Shown here one piece after another: positions 28,349-37,816 of a DNA stretch of 64,000 bases. The translations under genes and the position numbers were made by a program. The notes beneath the pieces are model-generated. The model saw only the letters and a program-made list of their open reading frames with translations. It made no database searches and was not told the DNA's origin. Location of the stretch: the IMG/VR virus record IMGVR_UViG_3300027782_000044, positions 52,501 through 116,500 of that record; one strand, 5' to 3'. The number at the start of each line of letters is the position of its first letter. Within the stretch, counting starts at the first letter, position 1. The stretch is from a virus.

Positions 28349-28693
28349 ATGGCTAAAGCAAACGAATTCAAAGCAGCAGAAAAACTAACAGACTATCTAA
28401 ACAATGCTAACTTCTCACCTGCCGTAATGGCAAATGTATTAACAACTGAACATACCTTGTATACCCAAGACAGACTAATGGAACTAGTTAGATATATTAT
28501 CCAATACAATTCCCTTAGATTAAAGTCAGAATGGGATAAGGGATATACATCCGAAGGATTGCTTTTAGCAGATGCGCTCAATGATATGCTGGAAGCAAAA
28601 TATGGAGCGGTGGATAGAAACCTAACAATAGACTCCTTGAAAGAAACAAGAGTAAGAGACCCTAAATATATAATGGATCTAGATTCATTCTAA
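28349..28693 (+). CDS. Hypothetical protein (last gene of the plus block)
   Basis: Follows promoter 28306; MAKANEFK start. Confidence 0.7.
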   Translation: MAKANEFKAAEKLTDYLNNANFSPAVMANVLTTEHTLYTQDRLMELVRYIIQYNSLRLKSEWDKGYTSEGLLLADALNDMLEAKYGAVDRNLTIDSLKETRVRDPKYIMDLDSF

Positions 28694-28705
28694 GATAACT
28701 TCCCC

Positions 28706-28746
28706 TATGGGGCATATGGCTTTAATTAGCTGTATGTCCCATTTTT
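28706..28746 (+). terminator. Terminator hairpin ending the plus-strand block
   Basis: ATGGGGCATATGGC-TTTAATTA-GCTGTATGTCCCAT followed by TTTT. Confidence 0.65.
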
Positions 28747-29200
28747 GTATGCCCATCTTATGGGCCAAATTTTTGCTTTACGAAGCATATAAAAAACCCC
28801 TGGAAATTGTATACATATCGATCAAAATCTGTCAATATCTGCATAGAATATCTCATTATATGAGACAAATAATGCAGAATTAGACATAATTTTTTGCCAT
28901 AAATATGGGCCAAAATTGCTCTTTACGACCAAATAAAAAAATTTCCTGGAATTTTATATGAAAGCTATTGACAAATATTGGCCAATATGCTTTATATGGG
29001 CGCTATTGACATTACGTCCCATCATATGATATGCTCAATTACATACATATGTTTAGATAGTTATAATGATAGTATTTGGATCTAAATTGATAGTATGATT
29101 CTCCACTTTACTCCACAATACTCCACTAAATAAGCCTATAGGAGGCTGATACAAGGGAGATTAAGGGGAGGGGGATATAGTAGTTAGCTCCTACTTTGCT

Positions 29201-29383
29201 CTATTTGCAAGATACGCAGTAATATGGAGCACGAAGGTTTTCTGGAGCAGTATATCCTGTTCGAGCACATTTGTGACATGTAGCTTTAATTAGATTAGAT
29301 TGCTCTATATCAAAAGTAAATGATCTTGTGTAATAGATCTTAGTTAAATACCATGTAATGGCTATGGCTAGTATAGTTATCAT
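29201..29383 (-). CDS. Small membrane-anchored zinc-finger protein
   Basis: N-terminal TM segment; CHKC..CVSC; leaderless after TGATATAAT. Confidence 0.6.
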   Translation of the reverse strand: MITILAIAITWYLTKIYYTRSFTFDIEQSNLIKATCHKCARTGYTAPENLRAPYYCVSCK

Positions 29384-29697
29384 TCATCTATTATATCACT
29401 CCTATATAATCTTAGTCAACTAAGACTCTAATTGTCTGCCTATTTGTGCAGCTTTCTTTCTTACCTTGTCTGCTGATTCTATGGTATGTTCAATTGATTG
29501 TTGAAAGGATTTGCACATTTTGCAGAGATCGAGCATATCTGGATATTTAGCCCATGCTGCTCTATTTGTCTCTATTGAACATGTCTTGCACATTGGAGTA
29601 TTCATGTTATGTCTTTCTATAGTAAACGAGGATGTTTATCCCTATAGTACTATTGTACTCTATTGGATCCCCGCCTAAAGGCTAATGGCTAGGGCTA

Positions 29698-30729
29698 TCA
29701 CTCATCTCTTCCAACCAGATACTCCCTCTTAAATTTAAAAAAATTAGATAGGTCTATGCCTATTTTATCATAATACTGAGCAATCGATTCCTTATTTGGT
29801 GCTCCCCAATACCCAAGGTATTCTCCAGAAAATATTTGAGACTGATAATAGGCTGACTTTCTTTCATCGTATACACCAATCCTGCCCCTACTTAAAGCTC
29901 TCCAGTCATTATCAGATAAAAGCTTTCCATCGTTAAACTTATCTTTAGTCCAGGCTATACATTTTTTAATTCCAAACATCCTGTAGCCTCTAGTACCTGC
30001 TCTAAAAGATAGATTAGTCTGATCTCCATTAAAAGGATTAGTTGGATCGTGCATTATCTCACGAGCAAAGGCAAAGTTTGTGAACATGAATGAAGCATGT
30101 ATTAATCCATGCTCAACAAAATCTTGGCCATCTTTCCAGTTCATGCCACTTCCTTCAATAAAAGGGTGCTCTATCATTTCTTCGCTGTGAGTTGTACTAT
30201 TAATATGGTCAGAAGAGTTAACAGTTATAATCCTTATTGCCAATGAGCCAAAGTTTTCTTCAGTCTTAAAGTTTAATGGATCTATCTGCACACCGCTAAA
30301 TCCATGCAATAATACTTCTTTATTTGGTCCATCTATCCATCTCGGAGGACATGCAGATATTATAGGCTTATCGCAAACCTTTAGCAAATCTTTGTAGTGC
30401 TTCTTGAGAGTAGTATCCCAGCCTTTTTCAAAAATATTATGTGCATCAACTTGGAGCAAATACTCATGATCCCTATGGTTCATCATAGAAGCCATAAGTC
30501 TACCAATCCCAGTTCCTAATGGACGTTCATGCTTTATCTCTACATAGTTTATTCTTGGATTATTGAATATTGGATCTGACAAAAAGTCTTTTTCATCTAT
30601 AACTGTGTTAGCAATTCCAAAATATAATAGATCTGGGCTATCTGCATTTTCAAGTGCGCTTTTAATTGTTTGAACTAAGAATTCTTCTTTACATGCGGCT
30701 ATAGATATATAAATTGTTTCTTCTATCAC
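29698..30729 (-). CDS. GT-A glycosyltransferase, Skp1-hydroxyproline GlcNAc-transferase-like
   Basis: TIYISIAACKE..LVQTIKSAL..A..P..LYFGI and YLLQVDAHNIFEKGWD. Confidence 0.8.
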   Translation of the reverse strand: MIEETIYISIAACKEEFLVQTIKSALENADSPDLLYFGIANTVIDEKDFLSDPIFNNPRINYVEIKHERPLGTGIGRLMASMMNHRDHEYLLQVDAHNIFEKGWDTTLKKHYKDLLKVCDKPIISACPPRWIDGPNKEVLLHGFSGVQIDPLNFKTEENFGSLAIRIITVNSSDHINSTTHSEEMIEHPFIEGSGMNWKDGQDFVEHGLIHASFMFTNFAFAREIMHDPTNPFNGDQTNLSFRAGTRGYRMFGIKKCIAWTKDKFNDGKLLSDNDWRALSRGRIGVYDERKSAYYQSQIFSGEYLGYWGAPNKESIAQYYDKIGIDLSNFFKFKREYLVGRDE

Positions 30730-30953
30730 AAATGAATCTCATTTACAGGTTCTTTTGACCAGTGTATATATGATCTAATATAGACTATTGCATAGGCAAT
30801 TGCTGAGGCTATAAATCCATATTGTTTTGTAATTAGAGCATACGTTATCCATAGGCATTCATTAAATAGAAGAATGAACCATCCCCATATAGTCTTTCTA
30901 CCTACAAAGTAGATACCTGTTACGCCTATAATAGCTAATATCCATGACCACAT
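30726..30953 (-). CDS. PnuC-like small membrane protein
   Basis: Three TM helices; GW...NECLWITYA..TKQYGF. Confidence 0.65.
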   Translation of the reverse strand: MWSWILAIIGVTGIYFVGRKTIWGWFILLFNECLWITYALITKQYGFIASAIAYAIVYIRSYIHWSKEPVNEIHL

Positions 30954-31459
30954 TATTTAGGCTCCCCGCCTTCTTTATCCCAGTATGGGATTCCATCTTC
31001 ATCATAATCAGAGCCTAGTCTGCTAAGCAATTCCTGAGTGTATGGATCTATTTTCCATGCGTCAAGCATGGTTTCTAGATCAGATTTATCAAAATTCATC
31101 TCTACTTTTCGACTTCACTTTCGGTCAATATTTATTAAATTAGATCTTTAATAAATTGTACTAATTCATCACAATCACATCTATATAGTCCATGATGATT
31201 AGTCCATTCTTTATCAAAGGAGGATCCATCATCATGTCGTTGCTGTACTTTTTGTGCTATTTCAGTAATTATTTCATCTCTAGATAAAGGTATTATGAGT
31301 TTAATCCTTTAAATGAATGGCATTCGCATACGCCTACTACATCATATCTACATGTATCTACTTCTGCTAAATCATTATACTTAGCTGCTTTAGTGCAGTA
31401 GTGACACTTCTGTGGCTCTTCCGCCTCTAATGCTGCTTCAAAGTTATCGAGTATACCCA

Positions 31460-31693
31460 TCACTTATTCCTTGGTACAAGGCTCTGTGGCCCTTCTGTGC
31501 CAAATAAAGACTTCTTTACTGGTACGCAGTTAGGGACTTTTTTACCACCCTTATCCTTCATGCCAACCTGCTTGTATCCAGTCCAGCATGCCTTTTCAAG
31601 GTTGTCCCACTTATCTTCTTCTGGGTTATCTGATTTGTATCCCTTTGAGATCTCTTCATCTGTTAAATTAATATCATTATTGTCCATAATCAT
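31460..31693 (-). CDS. Small protein with CWxGY..GKKVPNCVP motif
   Basis: ACWTGYKQVGMKDKGGKKVPNCVP. Confidence 0.65.
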   Translation of the reverse strand: MIMDNNDINLTDEEISKGYKSDNPEEDKWDNLEKACWTGYKQVGMKDKGGKKVPNCVPVKKSLFGTEGPQSLVPRNK

Positions 31694-31694
31694 A

Positions 31695-32066
31695 TTATAT
31701 CATATTCTTAGATTTATCTTTTGACACTTGCTCTAAGTATATTTTAGCTGAAATTGCAAGCTCTTCGTATGTCATTGCTGTATGCTTATGCTCTTTATCT
31801 TTTCCAAATAAGCTTTTTAGCAGCTCTATTGGGGTTATAATTTTATCTTCTGGCAAACCTCCGTGCTTATAAAGCATTTTAAGTAGTAGTCCTGCAATAA
31901 ATATATCATCTGTAAATGCCGCCCAAGGAAACAATATATCGAATGGATCAATTGGTGAAGCCAGCCAAACAACACACAAGATAGACAGAACCTTTATGTG
32001 TCTTGGTGATCTATCAAATTGTGCTCTATACGGCTTTAATAATATCTTTAGTTTGTTATACTTCAT
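31695..32066 (-). CDS. YkvA/DUF1232-like membrane protein
   Basis: WLASPIDPFDILFPWAAFTDD. Confidence 0.65.
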   Translation of the reverse strand: MKYNKLKILLKPYRAQFDRSPRHIKVLSILCVVWLASPIDPFDILFPWAAFTDDIFIAGLLLKMLYKHGGLPEDKIITPIELLKSLFGKDKEHKHTAMTYEELAISAKIYLEQVSKDKSKNMI

Positions 32067-32198
32067 CTATTGTCTGTACCATTCTTATTTGATTTTCATG
32101 ATACTGAATATGATAATCTCTTAGTTGATGTGTTACTGCACAATAGCATATTGGACAGCTGGTGATCCACTGAGATTTATCTTCCCAATGTTTAGGCA

Positions 32199-32429
32199 TT
32201 AAGCTTCAGGTGAAGGAATCGGACCTTCATTATCAGTTTCGGAAACTGCTCTACGACCATTATAGGAACCTGAACTGTCCTTGGGGACAATTCGCTTAAT
32301 TTCAAGATAACAAATTGGGCACTCTCCGATATGCAACCAATTACCTGAATCTAAGACAACCATCTCGGTTAACTTTCCTTCTACATTATTATTACAAGGA
32401 ATGCAGAAAGCATTTATCTTTATTGTCAT
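32199..32429 (-). CDS. Zinc-ribbon protein (DUF5679-like) whose 3' end overlaps a tRNA
   Basis: AFCIPC...GECPIC. Confidence 0.6.
   Translation of the reverse strand: MTIKINAFCIPCNNNVEGKLTEMVVLDSGNWLHIGECPICYLEIKRIVPKDSSGSYNGRRAVSETDNEGPIPSPEA
32204..32274 (-). tRNA. Atypical tRNA-Arg (CCG)
   Basis: TTCAGGT/ACCTGAA acceptor stem; loop TTCCGAA; T-arm GAAGG-TCCGATT-CCTTC with a non-canonical T loop. Confidence 0.6.
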
Positions 32430-32600
32430 TACATTGGTCCGCTAAACTTTTTGCCATTCCATTCATATTTTAATCCACAATCACATTTCCAAATAGACCC
32501 AGCATGTCTTTTTTGAAGATGCGTTACGCCCATTCTAGGTGGCTCTATAGACCAAGGCAAATCGCAAAAGTGCCCTTGTTCTCCAACTATTTTAATCCAT

Positions 32601-32873
32601 TCACTCATTGATATCTGCTTCCTTTAGCCATTGATCTTCCCATAATCCAATGAGAGACTTATTGCCAATGTCATCAAAGTAGTAACGCTTGGCGTTACTA
32701 TCATAGTTCCAACCATACCACATATCGCCTTCCATCCAGCTACATGATGCAATCTTCATTCCTTCTGGGTCATTAACAATTGTATCTAAATGATCATAAA
32801 GATGGACTTCATCAAAAATATATTCTCTAAGGCTTGTCCAGCTAAATATGCGTCTTGCTAGCCATTCAATCAT
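32601..32873 (-). CDS. Hypothetical protein
   Basis: Trp-rich ORF; start uncertain. Confidence 0.55.
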   Translation of the reverse strand: MIEWLARRIFSWTSLREYIFDEVHLYDHLDTIVNDPEGMKIASCSWMEGDMWYGWNYDSNAKRYYFDDIGNKSLIGLWEDQWLKEADINE

Positions 32874-33139
32874 CTTTTGGATCCTTTTCCCATGTAAGTT
32901 TTCCATCTTTATATACGGGCCAATATCCTAATGGACGCCAGTCCATCTTCATAATCTTAGGCTCTTTCATACTGCCAACTGAATTGGAATCATGGCTTCA
33001 CATCTTTCACAATACTGATATGTTGATCCAGTATATGGGCATGTTCCTGCTTGTACGAGGGTATGCCCTTTTACTTTACATATTATTTTATTTATCATTA
33101 TAGTTTATTATATAATATAAACTAAACGCTGTCAATAGA

Positions 33140-33922
33140 TTATTTGTTATTAAAATTAATTAAAGATTCTTCCAGTGCATGGTACGGCTCTCCCAGAGCG
33201 GAGGTTATTCCTGTTCCAGTGTGCATAAATAAGAATATATATGTTTTATTTCCAGACAAAACTTCATTTACTGAATGGGAAGTTAAGCATGGAAGGAACA
33301 CTACACTGCCAGCTGAAGGCTTTATTGAGTAGCCTAGGTCATCAAAAACAATTTCTCCACCCTCATAATCTTCATTAAGATATATTAAAGATGTCCAGTC
33401 CATAGTATTTTTTGGGTTTAATATATTTCTATCTATGTGAGGCCCCATTGCTCCACCAACTCTATACTTTCTAATACAATAGTTTCTAGTTATGTGGTGT
33501 GGCAAATCATTATTTGTTTTTTCTGCCCAAATTTTTAAAGCGCTAATGTAATCTTCTTCTATCATCTTGATAGCTGGCAACGACAATTGATGTTCTACGC
33601 TATTGTTTGCATAATCAGATATATCTTTACGTGGCCACACAGAGTTGTTGTCGTTATAAGATAGATCCCAATCTAAAAGTTTTGCAACGCCCCTGATAGC
33701 ATCTTCTGTGTCTGGAAACAACTGCTCCCACTTTGTCATATCGTCTGGATCAAGACTGACTGGGTACCCGTCAATCCATGTTGTCCATGAAGGAAAAACC
33801 TTTAGGATATCTTCATTTTTATCGTTATTCTCAACAAAATCTAAAAACTCTTTTGCTTTAGGGAATGCATTTTCAATGTATATTACGCCACCAGGCATGT
33901 CGTGAATTATAGGAGTAGTCAT
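33140..33922 (-). CDS. 2OG-Fe(II) oxygenase (P4H-like)
   Basis: MGPHID, YLNEDYEGGEI and HSVNEVLSG motifs; leaderless after TGCTATAAT. Confidence 0.85.
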   Translation of the reverse strand: MTTPIIHDMPGGVIYIENAFPKAKEFLDFVENNDKNEDILKVFPSWTTWIDGYPVSLDPDDMTKWEQLFPDTEDAIRGVAKLLDWDLSYNDNNSVWPRKDISDYANNSVEHQLSLPAIKMIEEDYISALKIWAEKTNNDLPHHITRNYCIRKYRVGGAMGPHIDRNILNPKNTMDWTSLIYLNEDYEGGEIVFDDLGYSIKPSAGSVVFLPCLTSHSVNEVLSGNKTYIFLFMHTGTGITSALGEPYHALEESLINFNNK

Positions 33923-33929
33923 ATGGTAA

Positions 33930-34115
33930 TTATAGCACTTCCTTGCTTATCGTGTCTTTAATAAGTGGGTTTAGCCTATCCCAATGCCCATTACTGCTAC
34001 CCTGATAAATCTGACCAGTTTCTCTGTCAACAAGAAGCCATTTTTCTGGACATTTAGTTTTAACTTGCAAAGTTACGGATTTTAAAATTGTTTTAAACTT
34101 AAATCGGCTTCGCAA
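33930..34115 (-). CDS. Small protein, TKCPxKWxLxDxETGQ family (paralog 1)
   Basis: Motif shared with 53799..54065. Confidence 0.65.
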   Translation of the reverse strand: MRSRFKFKTILKSVTLQVKTKCPEKWLLVDRETGQIYQGSSNGHWDRLNPLIKDTISKEVL

Positions 34116-34118
34116 TGC

Positions 34119-34415
34119 TTATCCTTTTATTGCCAGCACACTTTTTGTATTTAAAAGTAAGTACTTTTCTCCATCTGTATCTTCAATATCAGTTCCGCTG
34201 TTTTGATTATAATAAACAATATCGTCAACATTAAGGCCAGTTATTGGAATAAGCTCACCCTTGTAGTTGTACTCACCATTGCCCATTTGCAGGATCTTGC
34301 CAGTTCTAAGGTTAGATTCACTTAATGAAGCCATAAGCACTATGCCAGATGTTGTAGTCCTATCTTCAACTTTATCTTCTTTAATTAACAAAAGGTTACC
34401 AAACGGTTTAATCAT
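34119..34415 (-). CDS. groES: Co-chaperonin GroES
   Basis: IKPFGNLLLI...TTSGIVL..G.ILQMGNG..GTDIE..GEKYLLL...VLA. Confidence 0.85.
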   Translation of the reverse strand: MIKPFGNLLLIKEDKVEDRTTTSGIVLMASLSESNLRTGKILQMGNGEYNYKGELIPITGLNVDDIVYYNQNSGTDIEDTDGEKYLLLNTKSVLAIKG

Positions 34416-34590
34416 TTATTTTTACTCCTCAAAAGATTCTTGCGTCTCCCAAAAACTGTCCTTCTTGAACTGCTCTTGTATTCTTTTTGCATCTAAAATT
34501 ACAGACATTTCTTTATATAAATTATACGCAATGTATCCGCATGTTGTAAAAACAACTGCTCCTAATATAATAAATTTGTTCATAACTATA

Positions 34591-35217
34591 TTATACCTTA
34601 TCTATGTTAATTGTGTCAATAGTATTTTTATTTGTTCCAGGAAATATATCTACTAATAAATGTACTCTATCAGTATCGCTATCATTTAAAACTGAATGTG
34701 GTTTTTGATTATTTATCTCCCAACATTCCCCCTCTTTCATGTTGACAGTTTCCCCATTAACTGTGTAAGATACAAGGTCGTTGGTTATTATTGGTATATG
34801 AAACCTTCTAACAGCAGATAGATACTCTCCACGATCTGTATGCTCAGACACGTCTTTATTTGCAAAAAGCTTAAGCAATAAAACTCTGCCAGATATACCT
34901 TCGCACATTAACTCTAGATCTTTTACAATATCAGAAACAGAATTTAGCATATCAATATCTTTAATTTCTGAGTTAATTTTGTCTCCAAAATTCCAGTCGA
35001 AGCTGTGATACTGTATAACAAATGTATTTGTATAAAGATGAGGATTCCTTCTATCTAAATATTTAACATTTTGCCTAAAGTTATAGGTATCCCACCCATC
35101 GACAATGTTTTTTACTTTATTTGAAATGCTGCCTATATTATATTTTTTATAAAATTTAAAATTAAAATCTGCTTCATCTTTTTCTGAAGTTTCTTTATAA
35201 TAGATCAACTGTTTCAT
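34591..35217 (-). CDS. Aspartyl/asparaginyl beta-hydroxylase family oxygenase
   Basis: HTD..RRFHIPIITN..GECWEINN..HSV.N..DRVHLLVD. Confidence 0.85.
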   Translation of the reverse strand: MKQLIYYKETSEKDEADFNFKFYKKYNIGSISNKVKNIVDGWDTYNFRQNVKYLDRRNPHLYTNTFVIQYHSFDWNFGDKINSEIKDIDMLNSVSDIVKDLELMCEGISGRVLLLKLFANKDVSEHTDRGEYLSAVRRFHIPIITNDLVSYTVNGETVNMKEGECWEINNQKPHSVLNDSDTDRVHLLVDIFPGTNKNTIDTINIDKV

Positions 35218-36037
35218 TATCCTTTACATAATTGTATATAAAATAATCAATATCGTTATTTTTTAATATTAAATCTATTTCTGATTGTGATAAAAGAGAG
35301 ATTAGATGCTTAGTGGTGATTTCTTTTTCATTTCCATAGCTAAAAACACCAGCATTAACAACTTTAGATTTGTCAAACTTTATGTCTATATTATAATTAA
35401 TGTTAAACCAGTTATTAATATTTTTTTCAAATAGGTCCATCCTATCTAAAGAGTTAACTATTTTAAAGCTCTTTATTGCTTTTAAGGCATTTTCCTTTGA
35501 TGTGTTTGCATTATCTATGAACCAAGTAAATGCCTCTCCTTTTTTTAAAAAGGGGTTCATTAGCTCTTCATAATGGGTTTTGTAAAAATCTAATGGTCTA
35601 AAAGATCTAGAGTCTGCTGAGTTACATATAAACCTAGACTGATAATTATTATGTAGTTCAAAGTTTGGGTCTTCAAACAAATAGTACCTTAGTTTATCTA
35701 TGGGAGTATCTATATCAGAATACTCTTTTCTGTTAAAAAGAGCACGATTATATATAAAATTAAAATAGCTAACCCTAGCTTCTACAGGGTTTCTTATTAT
35801 TGTAGCGACATCAATATTAGGTACCATGTCAATAGGGTATGTTCCAGCATGAATAGATGTGTAAACTTTTTTAGTAAAATTATTATTATTTGGATGATGA
35901 GTGCTTATATAATAAGATATATCATTAGCATCTAATGATCTTTTTATGTTTTCAGAAACGTATTTACCTGCAGTTTTTGGAATATGTAAAAAATATAACT
36001 GCTTTAGTCTTCCTTCTTCATAAGAGACTCGTTCCAC
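35195..36037 (-). CDS. Sulfotransferase family 2 protein
   Basis: FLHIPKTAG (5'-PSB) and IIRNPVEARVSYF (3'-PB). Confidence 0.85.
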   Translation of the reverse strand: MERVSYEEGRLKQLYFLHIPKTAGKYVSENIKRSLDANDISYYISTHHPNNNNFTKKVYTSIHAGTYPIDMVPNIDVATIIRNPVEARVSYFNFIYNRALFNRKEYSDIDTPIDKLRYYLFEDPNFELHNNYQSRFICNSADSRSFRPLDFYKTHYEELMNPFLKKGEAFTWFIDNANTSKENALKAIKSFKIVNSLDRMDLFEKNINNWFNINYNIDIKFDKSKVVNAGVFSYGNEKEITTKHLISLLSQSEIDLILKNNDIDYFIYNYVKDNETVDLL

Positions 36038-36843
36038 TTGTTAAGGCTCCTTCCTTGATTGTAAGAACCTTCCTTATGTCTTTCACGAAGAATTTCTGTC
36101 CATTCCTCTTCACTATATTGAGCTTTTTCAGCATGCCATTTTTCAGATCCTGCAAACTCATATCTCCAATACGCCCTAATCAAAGCTTTAGATCCACCCT
36201 TTGCAACCATTGGGCTATGATAAAAAGGATGTCCAGAAGGAAAAATAATTAAGTCCCCAGCGCTTGGCTTGTAGTACATGTGATTAATTAAATTTTCTTT
36301 GTCATCGCTTATTTCTATTATGTTTACTCCGCCATCTTCATAGTCATCATTTAAATAGAATAAGCATGTTGTCCCAAACTTTAAGCCTGGATCTTCTCTT
36401 CTTTCTTCTTGAAAATCAGTATGGTAGTTCATTCCCTGATAATCATTAACGCCCATTCCATCTTTATAGTATGCTACATCAACAGAATCCCAGCACCAAT
36501 TAGGATAATTAACTTCAACTGAAGCAAAATACTCATCTGAACATTCATGGAATACCTTGAACAAATTTTTGATGTATTGATTACTTGAAACACCATCTTC
36601 TTTATCATTAAAATTTTCATCTGAAAATGTTTTCCACTCATCTTTACTAGGGAATGACTCAAAGAACCCACGAGTAGTTGGTATTGCTATATGAAAGCCA
36701 AATGTATACCAAGGTGTAGACTGATCCTCATGATTGGTTAGGTAGTACTCCAGCATATCTTTTGAGTTATTTAATGCATTCTTAAAAACCCAAACTTTGT
36801 CATGGAGTTTTAATACTTCAACATCATTTCCATCAATTATCAA
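36004..36843 (-). CDS. 2OG-Fe(II) oxygenase (P4H-like)
   Basis: YHTD, YLNDDYEDGG and FPSGHPFYH motifs. Confidence 0.85.
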   Translation of the reverse strand: MIIDGNDVEVLKLHDKVWVFKNALNNSKDMLEYYLTNHEDQSTPWYTFGFHIAIPTTRGFFESFPSKDEWKTFSDENFNDKEDGVSSNQYIKNLFKVFHECSDEYFASVEVNYPNWCWDSVDVAYYKDGMGVNDYQGMNYHTDFQEERREDPGLKFGTTCLFYLNDDYEDGGVNIIEISDDKENLINHMYYKPSAGDLIIFPSGHPFYHSPMVAKGGSKALIRAYWRYEFAGSEKWHAEKAQYSEEEWTEILRERHKEGSYNQGRSLNKWNESLMKKED

Positions 36844-37027
36844 TGTTCAATACCTAACCTTTATACAACGCTAATACTTTATTAAGCGTTAGTCTTCTTA
36901 GGGTGCCTTGGAGTATACTCTCCAACAATAGCTTTTATTCTGCCGTCTTTTCTTAATCTAACGATTTTACCATCACGAATAACAGTGTCATTAAAAGGTA
37001 CTTGCCTGCCAAATTTTTTTGGTGGCA

Positions 37028-37210
37028 TTATACTTTTTTTCTTCCAGTTTTTCTAGGCGCTTGTGGGACAGCTGGAGTTTCTCTTCGAATACCATGTTTA
37101 TTAACATCGATCTTCATCGGAGGTCTTTTGGGCTGTACACCAGACTTAAATTTGCCCTGAGAAGGATTTTTTTTAGTTGCTTCTCCAGAGCTTACAACGT
37201 TTTCTGACAC
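37028..37210 (-). CDS. Small basic protein
   Basis: K/R/P-rich; GTG start with GGAG RBS. Confidence 0.55.
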   Translation of the reverse strand: MSENVVSSGEATKKNPSQGKFKSGVQPKRPPMKIDVNKHGIRRETPAVPQAPRKTGRKKV

Positions 37211-37317
37211 TATGCTCCCTTAATTTGTGAGATAGTTACAACGTTATTACTAGCTGGTGATGGAGCTGATTCATTTTGAATCTGCTCATCTTTTCCGCAT
37301 CCGCAATCTTTACACAT
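37210..37317 (-). CDS. MCxxCGC peptide 3 (35 aa)
   Basis: MCKDCGCGKDEQIQNESAPSPASNNVVTISQIKGA; coupled to the upstream stop (TAATG). Confidence 0.65.
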   Translation of the reverse strand: MCKDCGCGKDEQIQNESAPSPASNNVVTISQIKGA

Positions 37318-37508
37318 TAGTCTGGATCCTCTATTCCTTCGCCCATTTCATGAAGAGGGCTCTCTTCAATGAAAGATTCTCTTTGAGATGACGTTGATGT
37401 CATATCTAGTGTTAAACCAGAAGCCCCCTGGCTTGTCATATCAATTATAGAAACTGGAACAATGCCAGTCTCACTGCCAACACTCTGGCATCCACACTCA
37501 ACGCACAT
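37317..37508 (-). CDS. MCxxCGC peptide 2 (63 aa)
   Basis: MCVECGCQSVGSETG...; ATG lies just after the upstream stop. Confidence 0.65.
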   Translation of the reverse strand: MCVECGCQSVGSETGIVPVSIIDMTSQGASGLTLDMTSTSSQRESFIEESPLHEMGEGIEDPD

Positions 37509-37509
37509 A

Positions 37510-37659
37510 TTACTTAGGGCCTTGAGCTTGTGCCTGGTTTGACATATCCGTTGATGGGAATGCTGCAGCAGGTGCATCTGACAAGTGCAAGTTTAGGTCG
37601 TTTGATCCTGATTGCTCGCCTGTCTCGTTAAATCCTTTTAAATCTTTTCCGTCTGACAT
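37510..37659 (-). CDS. Small low-complexity peptide (49 aa)
   Basis: AGGAG RBS; MSDGKDLKGFNETGEQSGSND... Confidence 0.6.
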   Translation of the reverse strand: MSDGKDLKGFNETGEQSGSNDLNLHLSDAPAAAFPSTDMSNQAQAQGPK

Positions 37660-37706
37660 GTTGTTACTCCTATAGGTTATTTATTTAAGCGGGACTAGTA
37701 TTCCGC

Positions 37707-37811
37707 TTATGAATCTATTATATCATTTAGTTGATTAGGATCAACTTCCACCTCAGTAGGCCTTTCGTTACCAAGACCTACGTGGTCGGCACATCCGCAT
37801 ATCCAACACAT
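37707..37811 (-). CDS. MCxxCGC peptide 1 (34 aa)
   Basis: MCWICGCADHVGLGNERPTEVEVDPNQLNDIIDS; starts 5 nt after the radical SAM stop. Confidence 0.6.
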   Translation of the reverse strand: MCWICGCADHVGLGNERPTEVEVDPNQLNDIIDS

Positions 37812-37816
37812 CTGTA

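Noticed and set aside
16300-29000. CRISPR array suggested by the recurring intergenic motifs plus a Cas4-like gene
   Set aside because: The repeats are degenerate, irregularly spaced and separated by genes. The Cas4-like gene sits in a recombination cluster with no other cas genes.
29258-29278. Possible LexA SOS box (TCGAGCACATTTGTGA)
   Set aside because: Poor match to TCGAAC-N4-GTTCGA, and it lies inside a CDS.
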